A stretch of DNA of 64,000 bases from an uncultured Chloroflexia bacterium (GCA_963805585.1 CAWDUR010000015.1:256-64255), one strand, 5' to 3'. Counted from the stretch's first letter, positions 34,607 to 44,569 are shown. Notes: generated by a model from the letters alone, not told the origin. A program made the numbers and translations.

Positions 34607-34903
34607 TTGGCCGGTGAGGAGCTGGAGCGCGTGGACCGCTCCCTGGCCGGCGGCGACGTCCGCGCGGCCACCGGCCGGCTGGCCGTGCTCCTGCGCCTCG
34701 ACCCGGCGCTGGCACCCATCATCCTCTCGGCAGCCGAGCGCGCTGCCACCGTCAAGCCGCTGGCCAGCGGGGACCTGGCTGCCATCCACCTCGTCCGCGG
34801 TGACGCCTACCGCATCCTCGGCCGGGACAACGAGGCCGCAGCCGCCTATCGAGCAGCCCACCAGGCCCTCCCGGCAGGGCCGACACAGGAGGTCCATCCG
34901 TGA
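34607..34903 (+). CDS. Hypothetical helical (TPR-like) protein; possibly the C-terminal continuation of the preceding ORF
   Basis: [53 protein letters not shown]. It is in the same frame as the upstream ORF, separated by a single TGA at 34595-34597. The ndk GTG overlaps its stop. Confidence 0.4.
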   Translation: MAGEELERVDRSLAGGDVRAATGRLAVLLRLDPALAPIILSAAERAATVKPLASGDLAAIHLVRGDAYRILGRDNEAAAAYRAAHQALPAGPTQEVHP

Positions 34904-35355
34904 GCGAGCGAACCCTCATCCTCATCAAGCCGGACGGCGTGCAGCGCCAGCTCGTCGGCCGCATCATCGAACGCTACGAGCAGCGCGGACTGCGCATCGT
35001 GGGCCTCAAGCTCCTGCAGGTCGACCGCACCCTGGCTGAGCAGCACTACGCCGTCCACGCCGACAAGCCCTTCTTCCCGGGCCTCGTGGCCTTCATCACC
35101 TCTTCGCCGCTGGTGGCCATGGCCGTCGAGGGCACCAACGCCGTGGCCGTCTGCCGCGCCCTCAACGGGGCCACGCGTCCGAACGAGGCGGCGCCCGGCT
35201 CGATCCGCGGCGACTTCGCGCTGGAGACGGGCATGAACCTCGTGCATGCCTCGGACAGCCCGGAGAATGCGGCCGCGGAGCTGGCACTCTGGTTCGACGC
35301 CGCCGAGCTGGTCGACTACCGGCGCGCCGTGGACGCCTGGATCGTCGAGGGCTGA
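34900..35355 (+). CDS. ndk: Nucleoside-diphosphate kinase
   Basis: [18 protein letters not shown]..GPxVAMAVEG..[21 protein letters not shown]. Confidence 0.92.
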   Translation: MSERTLILIKPDGVQRQLVGRIIERYEQRGLRIVGLKLLQVDRTLAEQHYAVHADKPFFPGLVAFITSSPLVAMAVEGTNAVAVCRALNGATRPNEAAPGSIRGDFALETGMNLVHASDSPENAAAELALWFDAAELVDYRRAVDAWIVEG

Positions 35356-35572
35356 CCTCGCACACGCTCGGCGGGGCCGAAGGCACAGCCTTCTCGTGAC
35401 CGATGGCCCGAGCCAGACGGGGCCGCTAGGCCCGCGTCGCGACGGGTGCCCGATGTGACACTCTACGGCGACCCGAGGCCGTGGTCTCGGCAAGACATGC
35501 CCAAGGCTCGCCCTGTCGCGACCGTTGCCGCGACCCGCGAGACCGGTTCCATGAAGGAGGCTCACGTACACC

Positions 35573-37801
35573 GTGTCTGACATCACCGTCTGGATCATCC
35601 CGATCGCCGGGATCGCGGCGATCCTCTTCGCGATATGGCTGGCCCGTGACGTGCTGTCGCGCGACAAGGGCACCAAGGAGATGCAGGAGGTCGGCAAGAC
35701 CATCCAGGAAGGCGCCAACGCCTTCGTCAAGCGCCAGTACTCGACCATCGCCCTGCTGGCCGTCATCGGCACGCTCGTCGTGGCCGCCATCATCGCCGTC
35801 GTCGAGACGAAGGAAGTCGCCGACACGCAGGTCTACGGCGTCGAGCTGGGCTTCCGCACCGGCTTCGCCTTCCTCGTCGGCGCGGCCTGCTCGATGGTCG
35901 CCGGCATCATCGGCATGTTCGTGAGCGTGCGCGCCAACGTGCCCACCGCCGCAGCCGCCCAGACCAGCCTCGTTGGCGCCGTGCAGACGGCCATGCGCGG
36001 CGGCGCCGTCTCCGGCTTCCTCGTCGTGGCCCTCTCGCTGCTCGGCGTGTGGGGCATCTTCGCCCTCTTCGGCGGCCTTCAGGGCGGCATCAACACGGCC
36101 CAGGCCCCCTTCCTCATCGTCGGCTTCGGCTTCGGCGCCTCCTTCGTGGCCCTCTTCGCCCAGCTCGGCGGCGGTATCTACACCAAGGCCGCTGACGTCG
36201 GCGCGGACCTCGTGGGCAAGGTCGAGAAGGGCATCCCCGAGGACGACCCGCGCAACGCCGCGGTCATCGCCGACCTCGTGGGCGACAACGTCGGCGACTG
36301 CGCCGGCCGCGGCGCCGACCTCTTCGAGTCCACGGCCGCCGAGAACATCGGCGCCATGATCCTGGGCGTGGCCGTCTACGCCATCGCGCTCAGCTCCGGC
36401 TGGGCGAACCCCGAGGCCTGGATCTTCTTCCCGCTCGTCGTGCGCGCCTTCGGCCTCATCGCCACGATGATCGCGATGTTCTTCGTCCGCGGTCGCGAGG
36501 ACGAAGATCCGATGCGCATCCTCAACAAGGGCTACTGGGCGACGACCCTGCTGTCCGTCGTCGGCCTGGGCATCGCCACCTACCTGATGATGAACTCGGC
36601 GGGCAACGGCGCCTCCGACATCCCCGTCTGGGTCTGGTATTTCGCGGCCGGCATCGTGGGCCTGGCCACCAGCATCGCCTTCGTCTACATCACGCAGTAC
36701 TACACGGCCGGCAAGTGGCGCCCCGTCAAGGACATCGCCGAGGCCTCCAAGACCGGCCCGGCCACCAACATCATCGCCGGCACCGCGGTCGGCTTCGAGA
36801 CCACCTTCGTGACCGCCATCACCATCGGCATCGCCCTGCTCGTGAGCTACTGGCTGGGTGATCAGGCGGGTCTCGTCAACGAGGCCGGCCACAACGTGGG
36901 CGGCGTCTTCGGCACCGCCGTGGCCACCATGGGCATGCTCATGACGACGGCCTACATCCTGGCCATGGACACCTTCGGCCCCATCACCGACAACGCCGGC
37001 GGCATCGCCGAGTTCTCGCGAGCCGGAGCCTCGGCGCGTGAGATCACCGACAAGCTCGACTCGGTCGGCAACACCACCAAGGCCCTCACCAAGGGCTACG
37101 CCATCGCCTCCGCCAGCCTGGCCGCCTTCCTGCTCTTCCAGGCCTACATCGACAAGGTCAACCTCATCCTGTTCCGCCAGATCGAATCCGGCGTGCGCGA
37201 TGCCGCCGAGGGGCTCATGGACTCTGTCAACCTGGCCAACGTGGGCGTCTTCGTGGCGGCCTTCATCGCGGCCATGACCGTCTACCTCTTCAGCTCCCTG
37301 GCCATCCGCGCCGTGGGCGTGGCCGCCGCCGCCATCATCGTGGAGGTGCGCCGCCAGTTCCGCGAGATGCCCGGCATCATGGACTACAGCCAGAAGCCGG
37401 ACTACGCGCGTGTCGTGGACATCACCACCAAGGCCGCCCTCCGCCAGATGATCCCGCCGGGACTGGTCGCGGTCGTGACCCCGATCGCCGTGGGCATCAT
37501 CCTGGGCTACGAGGCGGTCGCCGGCTTGCTCATGGTCGGCACCATCGCCGGCGTCCTCATGGCCACCTACCTCAACAACGGTGGTGGGGCCTGGGACAAC
37601 GCCAAGAAGTACATCGAAGCGGGTAACCTCACCGACGAGAACGGCAACGTCCTGGGCAAGGGTTCCGACGCCCACGCCGCGGCCGTGGTCGGTGATACCG
37701 TGGGCGATCCCTTCAAGGACACCGCGGGCCCCTCGCTCCACGTCCTCGTGAAGCTGCTGGCGACCCTGACCCTGGTCTTCGCGCCGCTCTTCATCCGCTA
37801 A
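35573..37801 (+). CDS. hppA: Membrane-bound proton/sodium-translocating pyrophosphatase
   Basis: 742 aa, polytopic: GGGIYTKAADVGADLVGKVE..IPEDDPRNAAVIADLVGDNVGDCAGRGADLFES..DNAGGIAE..GDTVGDPFKDTAGPS. Confidence 0.92.
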   Translation: MSDITVWIIPIAGIAAILFAIWLARDVLSRDKGTKEMQEVGKTIQEGANAFVKRQYSTIALLAVIGTLVVAAIIAVVETKEVADTQVYGVELGFRTGFAFLVGAACSMVAGIIGMFVSVRANVPTAAAAQTSLVGAVQTAMRGGAVSGFLVVALSLLGVWGIFALFGGLQGGINTAQAPFLIVGFGFGASFVALFAQLGGGIYTKAADVGADLVGKVEKGIPEDDPRNAAVIADLVGDNVGDCAGRGADLFESTAAENIGAMILGVAVYAIALSSGWANPEAWIFFPLVVRAFGLIATMIAMFFVRGREDEDPMRILNKGYWATTLLSVVGLGIATYLMMNSAGNGASDIPVWVWYFAAGIVGLATSIAFVYITQYYTAGKWRPVKDIAEASKTGPATNIIAGTAVGFETTFVTAITIGIALLVSYWLGDQAGLVNEAGHNVGGVFGTAVATMGMLMTTAYILAMDTFGPITDNAGGIAEFSRAGASAREITDKLDSVGNTTKALTKGYAIASASLAAFLLFQAYIDKVNLILFRQIESGVRDAAEGLMDSVNLANVGVFVAAFIAAMTVYLFSSLAIRAVGVAAAAIIVEVRRQFREMPGIMDYSQKPDYARVVDITTKAALRQMIPPGLVAVVTPIAVGIILGYEAVAGLLMVGTIAGVLMATYLNNGGGAWDNAKKYIEAGNLTDENGNVLGKGSDAHAAAVVGDTVGDPFKDTAGPSLHVLVKLLATLTLVFAPLFIR

Positions 37802-37810
37802 CCCAGCACC

Positions 37811-37856
37811 CGACCTCCGACCGGCGGGCGCTGACCCGCCGGTCACACGGAGGTCG
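37811..37856 (+). terminator. Long interrupted hairpin after hppA whose 3' arm contains the uppP Shine-Dalgarno
   Basis: Outer stem CGACCTCC/GGAGGTCG (8 bp) plus inner stem GACCGGCGGG/CCCGCCGGTC (10 bp), loop CGCTGA, bulge ACAC. GGAGG (37849-37853) lies 5 nt before TTG 37859. Confidence 0.5.
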
Positions 37857-37858
37857 AC

Positions 37859-38697
37859 TTGGAAGAGATCGTCCAGGCCATCGTCATCGGGGTGATCCAG
37901 GGGCTCACGGAGTTCCTGCCCATCTCGTCGTCCGCGCACCTCATCCTGGTGCCGCGGATCCTCGGCTGGGACGACGCGCTGATCAACAGCGCCGCATTCG
38001 TGGTCATGTTGCACATGGGCACGCTGGCGGCGCTGTTGCTGTACTTCTGGCGGGACGTGCTGGAGCTTACTGGCCGCGGGCTGGGCGGCGCTGCGGGAAC
38101 GCTCCCTGGCTGGCGACCCCAAGCGCAGGCTGGCGCTGGTGCTGCTGCTCAGCATCATCCCGGCCGCCGTCGTGGGCTTCCTGCTGGAGGACTGGATCGA
38201 GTCGTTCTTCCGCGACGCCATCCTGGTCATCCCGGTCATCCTCGTGGTCGGCGCCGTCATCCTCTGGCTGGCCGAACGCTTCGGCACCCGTCGAGCGTGA
38301 CCTCGACCACGTCGACTACGGGGACGCGGCGCTCATCGGCGCGGCGCAGGCGCTGGCACTCTTCCCGGGTATCAGCCGGTCCGGCATCACGCTCGCGGCG
38401 GGCCTCTTCCGGGGCCTGACGCGAGAGTCGGCCGCGCGCTTCGCCTTCCTGATGGGCATCCCCATCATCGCCGGGGCGGGCTTCTGGAAGCTGCGCAGCA
38501 TCGCCACGGGCGGGGCCGGGGAGGTCGATCCGGCCGTCCTCGCGGCCGGCGTCATCGCGGCCGCCCTCGCCGGGTGGCTGGCCATCGGCATCCTGCTGCG
38601 CTACCTGCGCACCCACAGCACCGCGATCTTCATCGTCTATCGGCTCATCGCGGCGGCCGTCCTGGTCGTCCTGCTCCTTGCCAGCGGGACCGTCTGA
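37859..38697 (+). pseudogene. uppP: Undecaprenyl-diphosphate phosphatase, two frame changes (about 38070 and about 38290)
   Basis: IQGLTEFLPISSSAHLIL; then LLLSIIPAAVVGFLLEDWIE..; then AQALALFPGISRSGITLAAGL..RFAFLMGIP. TTG start. Confidence 0.85.
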
Positions 38698-38705
38698 CAT
38701 CGGCC

Positions 38706-39170
38706 ATGGACGTCCTCAAGCGGGCGCGTCAGCAGGCCATCGGCGATCTCGTCCGCACGGCCCGCATCCGCACCCAGCAGGAGCTGGTCGCGGCGCTGCG
38801 TGAGAAGGGCTACCGCGCCACGCAGGCCACGGTGAGCCGTGACATCACGGAGATGGGCCTGCTCAAGGTCGACCGCGACGGCGGCGCGGTGTATGCGCTG
38901 CCCTCCAGCGAAGCCGCCGCCGAGCTCACCGGAGAGCGGCGCCTGGCCAGTCTGCTCTCCGACCTGCCCGTCGAGATCCGGGTCTCGGGCACGCTCGTGG
39001 TCATCCGCGCCGTGCCCGGGACAGCGCATGCCATCGCCGCCGCCCTCGACCGCGTGCGCTGGCCCGACGTGAGCGGCACCATCGCCGGCGACGACACCGT
39101 CTTCGTCGCCTGCGCGGATGCAGCGGCCGTGACGCGCGTCAGACAGCGCCTGCTGAGGCTCGGCCGCTGA
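38706..39170 (+). CDS. argR: Arginine repressor
   Basis: TQQELVAALREKGYRATQATVSRDITEMGL.. and C-terminal GTIAGDDTVFV. Confidence 0.88.
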   Translation: MDVLKRARQQAIGDLVRTARIRTQQELVAALREKGYRATQATVSRDITEMGLLKVDRDGGAVYALPSSEAAAELTGERRLASLLSDLPVEIRVSGTLVVIRAVPGTAHAIAAALDRVRWPDVSGTIAGDDTVFVACADAAAVTRVRQRLLRLGR

Positions 39171-39240
39171 TGGACCCGGGCCGCACGGGTCGAGCGCTGC
39201 GTCCCGGTGGTCCGAGGCCGGGCCGGCGGGTGCGACCGTG

Positions 39241-39246
39241 TACAAT
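39241..39246 (+). promoter_or_regulatory. Candidate -10 hexamer TACAAT, about 130 nt upstream of greA
   Basis: Near-consensus hexamer in GC-rich DNA. The downstream leader contains several 5-6 bp hairpins (CCTGT/ACAGG, GTCAGG/CCTGAC) and the SD GAGGA before GTG 39379. Confidence 0.25.
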
Positions 39247-39378
39247 CTCGACTCTGAACGGCGCCTGGTCCGCCTGTTCTCACAGGCGACATGGCCGCCC
39301 GTCAGGATCCGACCCTGACAAGCCGCCAAGGCCTGTGCCCAGCGCGTCCCCAGGCCGGGCGCAACACGAGGATCCACG

Positions 39379-39849
39379 GTGAACGCGAACAAGCCCGAAT
39401 ACCTCTCCGCGGAGGGAATGGCCAAGCTCAAGGCGGAACTCGATGAGCTGACCAACGTCAAGCGCCCGGAGATCGCCCAGCGCATCCACGACGCCAAGGA
39501 GTACGGCGACGTCACGGAGAACGCCGAGTACGAGGATGCCAAGAACGAGCAGGCCTTCGTGGAGGGCCGCATCCAGGCACTCACGTCGATCATCAAGAAC
39601 GCCGTCATCATCGAGGAGAACCACTCGCGGACGTTCGTCCAGATCGGTTCCACGGTGACCATCAAGGGCGACTCCGGCAAAGAGGAGAAGTACACCATCG
39701 TGGGGGCGGCGGAGGCCGCGCCCGCGGAGGGCCGCATCTCCAACGAGTCGCCCGTGGGCCGCGCCCTGCTGGGCAAGAAGAAGGGTGACGCGGTGACGGT
39801 CACTGTTCCCGCTGGTGCCTCTACCTACACCGTCGTCAACATCCGCTGA
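39379..39849 (+). CDS. greA: Transcription elongation factor GreA
   Basis: LSAEGMAKLKAELDEL..RPEIAQRIHDAKEYGDVTENAEYEDAK..ISNESPVGRALLGKKKGD. Confidence 0.92.
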   Translation: MNANKPEYLSAEGMAKLKAELDELTNVKRPEIAQRIHDAKEYGDVTENAEYEDAKNEQAFVEGRIQALTSIIKNAVIIEENHSRTFVQIGSTVTIKGDSGKEEKYTIVGAAEAAPAEGRISNESPVGRALLGKKKGDAVTVTVPAGASTYTVVNIR

Positions 39850-39960
39850 CGTCGGGCCGGAGCGTGCCTCCGGGATGCCGTCTCTCGCTTCCGGGCGCCG
39901 ACGGCCCATCCCGCTGACCGGGAGCACCGCCCGGACCCACGGTGCAGGGGACCGCATCGC

Positions 39961-41598
39961 ATGTTCTGGGCTGACGAGCTAGCCGCACAGTTCGACGGAC
40001 CGCAGGTCGTCAACGATTCCAAGACCCCTTCAGGGACCGTGCACATCGGCTCCCTCCGTGGCGTCGTCCTGCATGACGCCATCCACCGCGCCCTGCTGCA
40101 GGCCGGGCGGCCCAGCCGCTTCCTCTACGGCGTGGACGACCTGGACCCCATGGATTCGCAGGCCCTGCTGACGCCCGATGCCGTGGCGCGATCCATGGGC
40201 GTGCCCCTGGCGCATGTGCCGGCCCCCACCGGCAGCACAGCCCCCAGCTACGCGCGCTACTTCGTGGGTGAGCTCTTCATGGGCACCTTCCGCGGTCTGG
40301 GCGTGGAGCCGGAGATCTACTGGATGAGCGAGCTCTACGCGGACGGCTCGATGGATCCCTGGATCCGACGGGCGCTCGACGATGCGGAGACCATCCGGGA
40401 CATCTATCGGCGGGTCAGCAAGGTCGAGCGGCCGGCCGGCTGGCTGCCGGTCTCGGTCATCTGTGAGGCCTGCGGTCGCATCGGCACCACGCTGGCCACC
40501 GACTGGGACGGTCAGACCGTGGCCTACGCGTGCCAGCCGGACTACGTGTCCTGGGCCGTCGGCTGCGGCCATGGCGGCCGCGTGGCGCCATTCGGCGGTC
40601 GGGCCAAGCTGCCCTTCAACGTGGACTGGGCGGCCAAGTGGAGCCACTTCGGCATCACCATCGAGGGCTGCGGCAAGGATCTCGCCACCAAGGGCGGCAG
40701 CCGCGACCGCAGCGACGCGGTCAGTCGGGAGGTCTTCCACCGGGAACCTCCGGCCAACGTGCCATACGAATTCCTCAACGTGGGCGGGCGCAAGATGAGC
40801 ACCTCGAAGGGCAGCGGAGCCGCTGCCCACGAGATGGCCGACCTGTTGCCACCTGAGCTGATCCGTTTCCTCTTCCTGCGCCACAAGCCGCGCCGGGCCC
40901 TCGACTTCGACCCGGAGGGTGATGCCATCCCCGGACTCTTCGACGAGTTCGACCGGGTCGCCGCCGCTGCGGCCGGCCGCGAGGTGCGCGGCGAGCTGCC
41001 GCCGGACCCCGAGCGCATCTTCCGGGCCAGCCTCGTGGACGCTGACGCGGACGTGGCAGCTGCGGCGGCCCGCTTCCGGCCGGCCTTTCGCCACCTGACG
41101 CTGCTGGTTCAGGTGCCCGGCGTGGACCTTGAGGGCCGCGTGGCGGCGGAGAAGGGCGAGCCGCTGGACGATGCCGAGCGCGCCATCCTGGCCGAGCGTG
41201 CCAGCGTGGCCCAGGCCTGGCTCGACGGCTTCGCCCCGGATCGCTATCGCGTGGCCGTCAGGGAGGACCTGCCCGCGGAGGCCGGCGACCTGACGGAAGT
41301 CCAGGGCCTCTATCTGGGCGACCTGGCGGACGGTGCCGAGGCCGAGCGGCCCGCCGCTGGCGATGCCTGGCAGGACCTCATCTATCGCTGCGGACAGAGG
41401 CGCGGCGTCTCCTCGCGGGACGCCTTCGAGGCCGTCTACGCGGCGTTCCTGGGTCGCACCAACGGCCCGCGGGCGGGCTGGCTGCTGGCCAGCCTCGAGC
41501 CCGGCTTCGTGACGCAGCGCCTGCGGCAGGCAGCGGAGGAGGCTGCGGCTGCCGCCGCCGGTGGACCCGCCGGGTCGGCAGAGGGAGGGACGGCATGA
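39961..41598 (+). CDS. lysK: Class I lysine--tRNA ligase
   Basis: KTPSGTVHIGSLRG (HIGH-type) and GGRKMSTSKGSG (KMSKS-type), in the architecture typical of archaeal/bacterial class I LysRS. Intact 545 aa. Confidence 0.85.
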   Translation: MFWADELAAQFDGPQVVNDSKTPSGTVHIGSLRGVVLHDAIHRALLQAGRPSRFLYGVDDLDPMDSQALLTPDAVARSMGVPLAHVPAPTGSTAPSYARYFVGELFMGTFRGLGVEPEIYWMSELYADGSMDPWIRRALDDAETIRDIYRRVSKVERPAGWLPVSVICEACGRIGTTLATDWDGQTVAYACQPDYVSWAVGCGHGGRVAPFGGRAKLPFNVDWAAKWSHFGITIEGCGKDLATKGGSRDRSDAVSREVFHREPPANVPYEFLNVGGRKMSTSKGSGAAAHEMADLLPPELIRFLFLRHKPRRALDFDPEGDAIPGLFDEFDRVAAAAAGREVRGELPPDPERIFRASLVDADADVAAAAARFRPAFRHLTLLVQVPGVDLEGRVAAEKGEPLDDAERAILAERASVAQAWLDGFAPDRYRVAVREDLPAEAGDLTEVQGLYLGDLADGAEAERPAAGDAWQDLIYRCGQRRGVSSRDAFEAVYAAFLGRTNGPRAGWLLASLEPGFVTQRLRQAAEEAAAAAAGGPAGSAEGGTA

Positions 41599-42914
41599 GC
41601 GTCGGGGCAGCCCGACTCCGGGAGGAATCGGAGGCCATCCGCCGTGGCTGCGTGCTCAAGGGTGAGGACCCGGCGCTCGTGGACGAGGCTCTCGTGGTGG
41701 ACGCCGAGCGGCGTGACCTGCTGGGCAAGGCGGACGCCCTGCGCAATCAGCGCAAGACACTCTCCGACTCGATCGGCGAGGTCATCAGGAACGGCGCGGT
41801 GCCCGACGGCCCGGAGGTGACGCGGCTGCGCGAGCAATCGAACTGGATCGGGGCTGAGATCAGCGGCCTCGACGGGCGACTGGCCACGGTGAGCAGCCGG
41901 CTCGACGAGCTTCTGCTGCGCATCCCCAACCCACCCGACCCGGGCATCCCCGAGGGCGGCGAGGAAGCCAGCCTCATCGTGCGCACGTGGGGCGAGCCCC
42001 TGCCGCCACACCTCGAACCGCAACGCGACGACCAGCCGGCATGGGTGCGCAGACCGCACTGGGAGATCGCGGAGGAGCTGGGCATCTTCGACCTGGCGGC
42101 CGGCGCCAAGATCGCGGGCTCCGGCTTCCCGGTCTACAAGGGCGCCGGGTCGGCCCTGCAGCGCGCACTCATCGACTTCTTCCTTGATCTCCACACCCGT
42201 GAGCACGGGATGACGGAGATCTGGCCGCCGGCCGTGGTCAACGAGGCCTCCGCGCGCGGCACCGGACAGATCCCCGACAAGGAGGACCAGATGTACGTCG
42301 TCACCCGTGACGACCTCTACCTGGTGCCCACCGCGGAGGTGCCCGTCACCAACATCCACCGCGACGAGATCATCGAGGCCGACGCGCTGCCCATCCGCTA
42401 CGTGGCCTACTCGCCTTGCTTCCGGCGCGAGGCGGGCGCCGCGGGAGCCAAGACACGGGGCATCCTGCGTGTCCATCAGTTCGACAAGGTGGAGATGGTG
42501 GCCTTCGAGAAGCCGGCCGATTCGGACGCCACGCTGGAATGGATGACGGCCCGGGCGGAGGCCTGCCTGCAACGGCTCGGCCTGCCCTACCGCGTCAAGC
42601 TCATGGCCACCGGGGACATGGGTTTCACGCAGGCCAAGAAGTACGACCTGGAGGTCTGGGCGCCGGGCGTGGAGGACTGGCTGGAGGTCAGCTCGATCTC
42701 CAACTTCCGCGACTACCAGGCGCGCCGCATGAGCATCCGCTGGCGGCCGGAGCCAGGCGGCAAGCCGGAGATCCTGCACACCCTCAACGGGTCCGGGCTG
42801 GCCTTGGCACGCACCGTGGCCGCCATCCTGGAGGTCTACCAGCAGCCTGACGGGTCGGTCCGCGTGCCGGAGGTCCTGCGGCCCCGACTGGGCGACCGCA
42901 TCGGCGCCGACTGA
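41595..42914 (+). CDS. serS: Serine--tRNA ligase
   Basis: N-terminal coiled-coil arm (..LRNQRKTLSDSIG..), then GSGFPVYKG..LVPTAEVPVTN..YSPCFRREAGA..RVHQFDKVE..NGSGLA. ATGA overlap with lysK. Confidence 0.92.
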   Translation: MSVGAARLREESEAIRRGCVLKGEDPALVDEALVVDAERRDLLGKADALRNQRKTLSDSIGEVIRNGAVPDGPEVTRLREQSNWIGAEISGLDGRLATVSSRLDELLLRIPNPPDPGIPEGGEEASLIVRTWGEPLPPHLEPQRDDQPAWVRRPHWEIAEELGIFDLAAGAKIAGSGFPVYKGAGSALQRALIDFFLDLHTREHGMTEIWPPAVVNEASARGTGQIPDKEDQMYVVTRDDLYLVPTAEVPVTNIHRDEIIEADALPIRYVAYSPCFRREAGAAGAKTRGILRVHQFDKVEMVAFEKPADSDATLEWMTARAEACLQRLGLPYRVKLMATGDMGFTQAKKYDLEVWAPGVEDWLEVSSISNFRDYQARRMSIRWRPEPGGKPEILHTLNGSGLALARTVAAILEVYQQPDGSVRVPEVLRPRLGDRIGAD

Positions 42915-42971
42915 CCGGCCGGCCCATAGACCGACTGACCCGCGCTGCCATCCTGGCGAGGCGGCCGGCGC

Positions 42972-44114
42972 TCAGTGCTGCAGCGTCGGTGGCCGCGGGA
43001 TGGCGTAGTGGTTCATCGCGACATGCGTCAGCATGTCAGCCAGGCCCTGGATGTTGGTGCGTCCCAGGTTCGTGAGCACGACCACGTCGATGTCCTGGCG
43101 GTGCAACCGGTACATGAGAGCCACGAAACCGCGCAGCGAGCCACCGTGACCGATGCCCAGGATGCCGTCCAGCCGCGCGTAGCGCATGCCCAGGCCGTAG
43201 CCGCTCTTGGGGTGGAAGTCGAGCATCTGAGCCAGTGAGGCCGGCTGCAGGACACTGCCGCTGAGGAGCGCCTCCTGCCAATCGGAGATGTCGCGCACGG
43301 AGGACACCATGGCCCCGGCCGCGTTGGCGACCGTAGCCGCCGAGGTGTGGGGCCGGAAGCGGCTGCCATCAGCGAAGCGCCGGTAGCCTGAGCGCGTGGC
43401 CAGGTAGCCTTCCGCTGGGACCTTGAGGATGGCTTCCTGGCCTTGGAAGAAGGTGTCCCGGAGGCCCAGGGGGAAGAGGAAGCGGTCGCGGAGGTTCCAT
43501 GCCACCGACGCGCCAGTCACCTTCTTGACGATGCGGCCGAGCAGGACGTAGTTGGTGTTCGAGTAGTGGAAGCAGGTGCCCGGGCGGCAGTAGCGGGGGC
43601 CCGTGAGCGATAGGATCTCGTTCACGGTCCAGCGGTGTCGCGGGCGCGTGAAGACCTTCGACTCGTAGCGGGGGTGCGCGAAGTAGTCGTAGATGCCGCT
43701 TCGGTGCGAGAGGAGCATGCGTACCGTGATGCGCTTGGCCACGGGGTAGTCAGGCAGCCAGGTGGAGATGGGCTGGTCGAGGCCCAGACGGCCCTCCTCC
43801 TGGAGCTTGAGCAGGAGTGCTGCTACGAATGTCTTGGTCAACGAGCCGATGACGAAAGGCGTCAAGACGGAGACGGGCTTGGCCCCCTTGCCGATGACGC
43901 GGTCGCCGGACGTGCCCATCCAGCGGCTGCCGTTCGGCAGCCGCACGGCGGCGGCCACCCCCGGGGCCCTGTGCGAGACGCGCCAGCGGTCCAGGCGGGC
44001 CTGCATCTTGGCGGCCAGGACCGGGTCCAGCTCGCCGGGTGTCTGGGCGGCGGTGGCACCTCCGATGAGCACCACCAGCAGGAGAGCGGCGAGGATGGCG
44101 CGGAGAGCCCGCAT
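42972..44114 (-). CDS. Serine hydrolase (class C beta-lactamase / DD-peptidase family), secreted
   Basis: Signal-like MRALRAILAALLLVVLIGGATAAQ. SLTK (SxxK) and YSNTNY (YxN) motifs. ATG 44114; the longer ORF-track extension runs antisense through the tRNA. Confidence 0.8.
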   Translation of the reverse strand: MRALRAILAALLLVVLIGGATAAQTPGELDPVLAAKMQARLDRWRVSHRAPGVAAAVRLPNGSRWMGTSGDRVIGKGAKPVSVLTPFVIGSLTKTFVAALLLKLQEEGRLGLDQPISTWLPDYPVAKRITVRMLLSHRSGIYDYFAHPRYESKVFTRPRHRWTVNEILSLTGPRYCRPGTCFHYSNTNYVLLGRIVKKVTGASVAWNLRDRFLFPLGLRDTFFQGQEAILKVPAEGYLATRSGYRRFADGSRFRPHTSAATVANAAGAMVSSVRDISDWQEALLSGSVLQPASLAQMLDFHPKSGYGLGMRYARLDGILGIGHGGSLRGFVALMYRLHRQDIDVVVLTNLGRTNIQGLADMLTHVAMNHYAIPRPPTLQH

Positions 44115-44250
44115 GGGGCGTTGGGCAGTCACGGAGCCCAGAGCATAGCGCCGCTGCCAAGCGGGCCCTCCCGGACCATGGCCAAGGTGGCTCAGGGCGT
44201 CGTTCGGGCGATCGGACACAGGTCTCGGCGCTGCTATCCTCGGCCAGCCG

Positions 44251-44336
44251 GGAGAGGTGGCCGAGTGGTTGAAGGCGACGGTCTTGAAAACCGTTGGGCG
44301 AAAGCCTCGTGGGTTCGAATCCCACCCTCTCCGCCA
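44251..44336 (+). tRNA. tRNA-Ser (anticodon UGA), CCA encoded
   Basis: GGAGAGG acceptor pairs with CCTCTCC. 3-bp D stem. Anticodon stem ACGGT/ACCGT with loop CUUGAAA. Long variable arm. T arm GTGGG-TTCGAAT-CCCAC. Discriminator G + CCA. Confidence 0.9.
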
Positions 44337-44407
44337 CGTCTTGAGTCGCGACACGTGCGACACATGAGTCGGGACATCGGTGACAAGCTGATGGGCCAGC
44401 CTCGGTG

Positions 44408-44569
44408 TCACTCGGTCGCCTGGGACCCCGGCCATCGGGCGGGGTCTCTTCGCTGGTTGCGCCAGTAGGGCTTCCCGGGCTCGATGCGGTGCTCGGACAA
44501 GATCACCCTGGTCCGGGCCCTGTAGTCCACCGGCGTAGTGCTCGGAGGGCACTCGGCCTGATTGTCACT
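44408..44569 (-). mobile_element. Degenerate remnant of an IS3-family transposase (integrase-core C-terminal part)
   Basis: PSDNQAEC..VDYRARTRVILSEHRIEPGKPYWRNQ resembles hSDNGxEF..W..gv.l.fIxPGKPxQNg of IS2/IS407-type OrfB. It is truncated on both sides and lies 70-230 nt downstream of tRNA-Ser. Confidence 0.4.

Noticed and set aside
35551-35580. Small uORF MKEAHVHRV overlapping the hppA GTG start.
   Set aside because: It has no supporting promoter, terminator or biased codon content. The GAAGGAGG it contains is more simply the hppA ribosome-binding region. Chance occurrence is likely.
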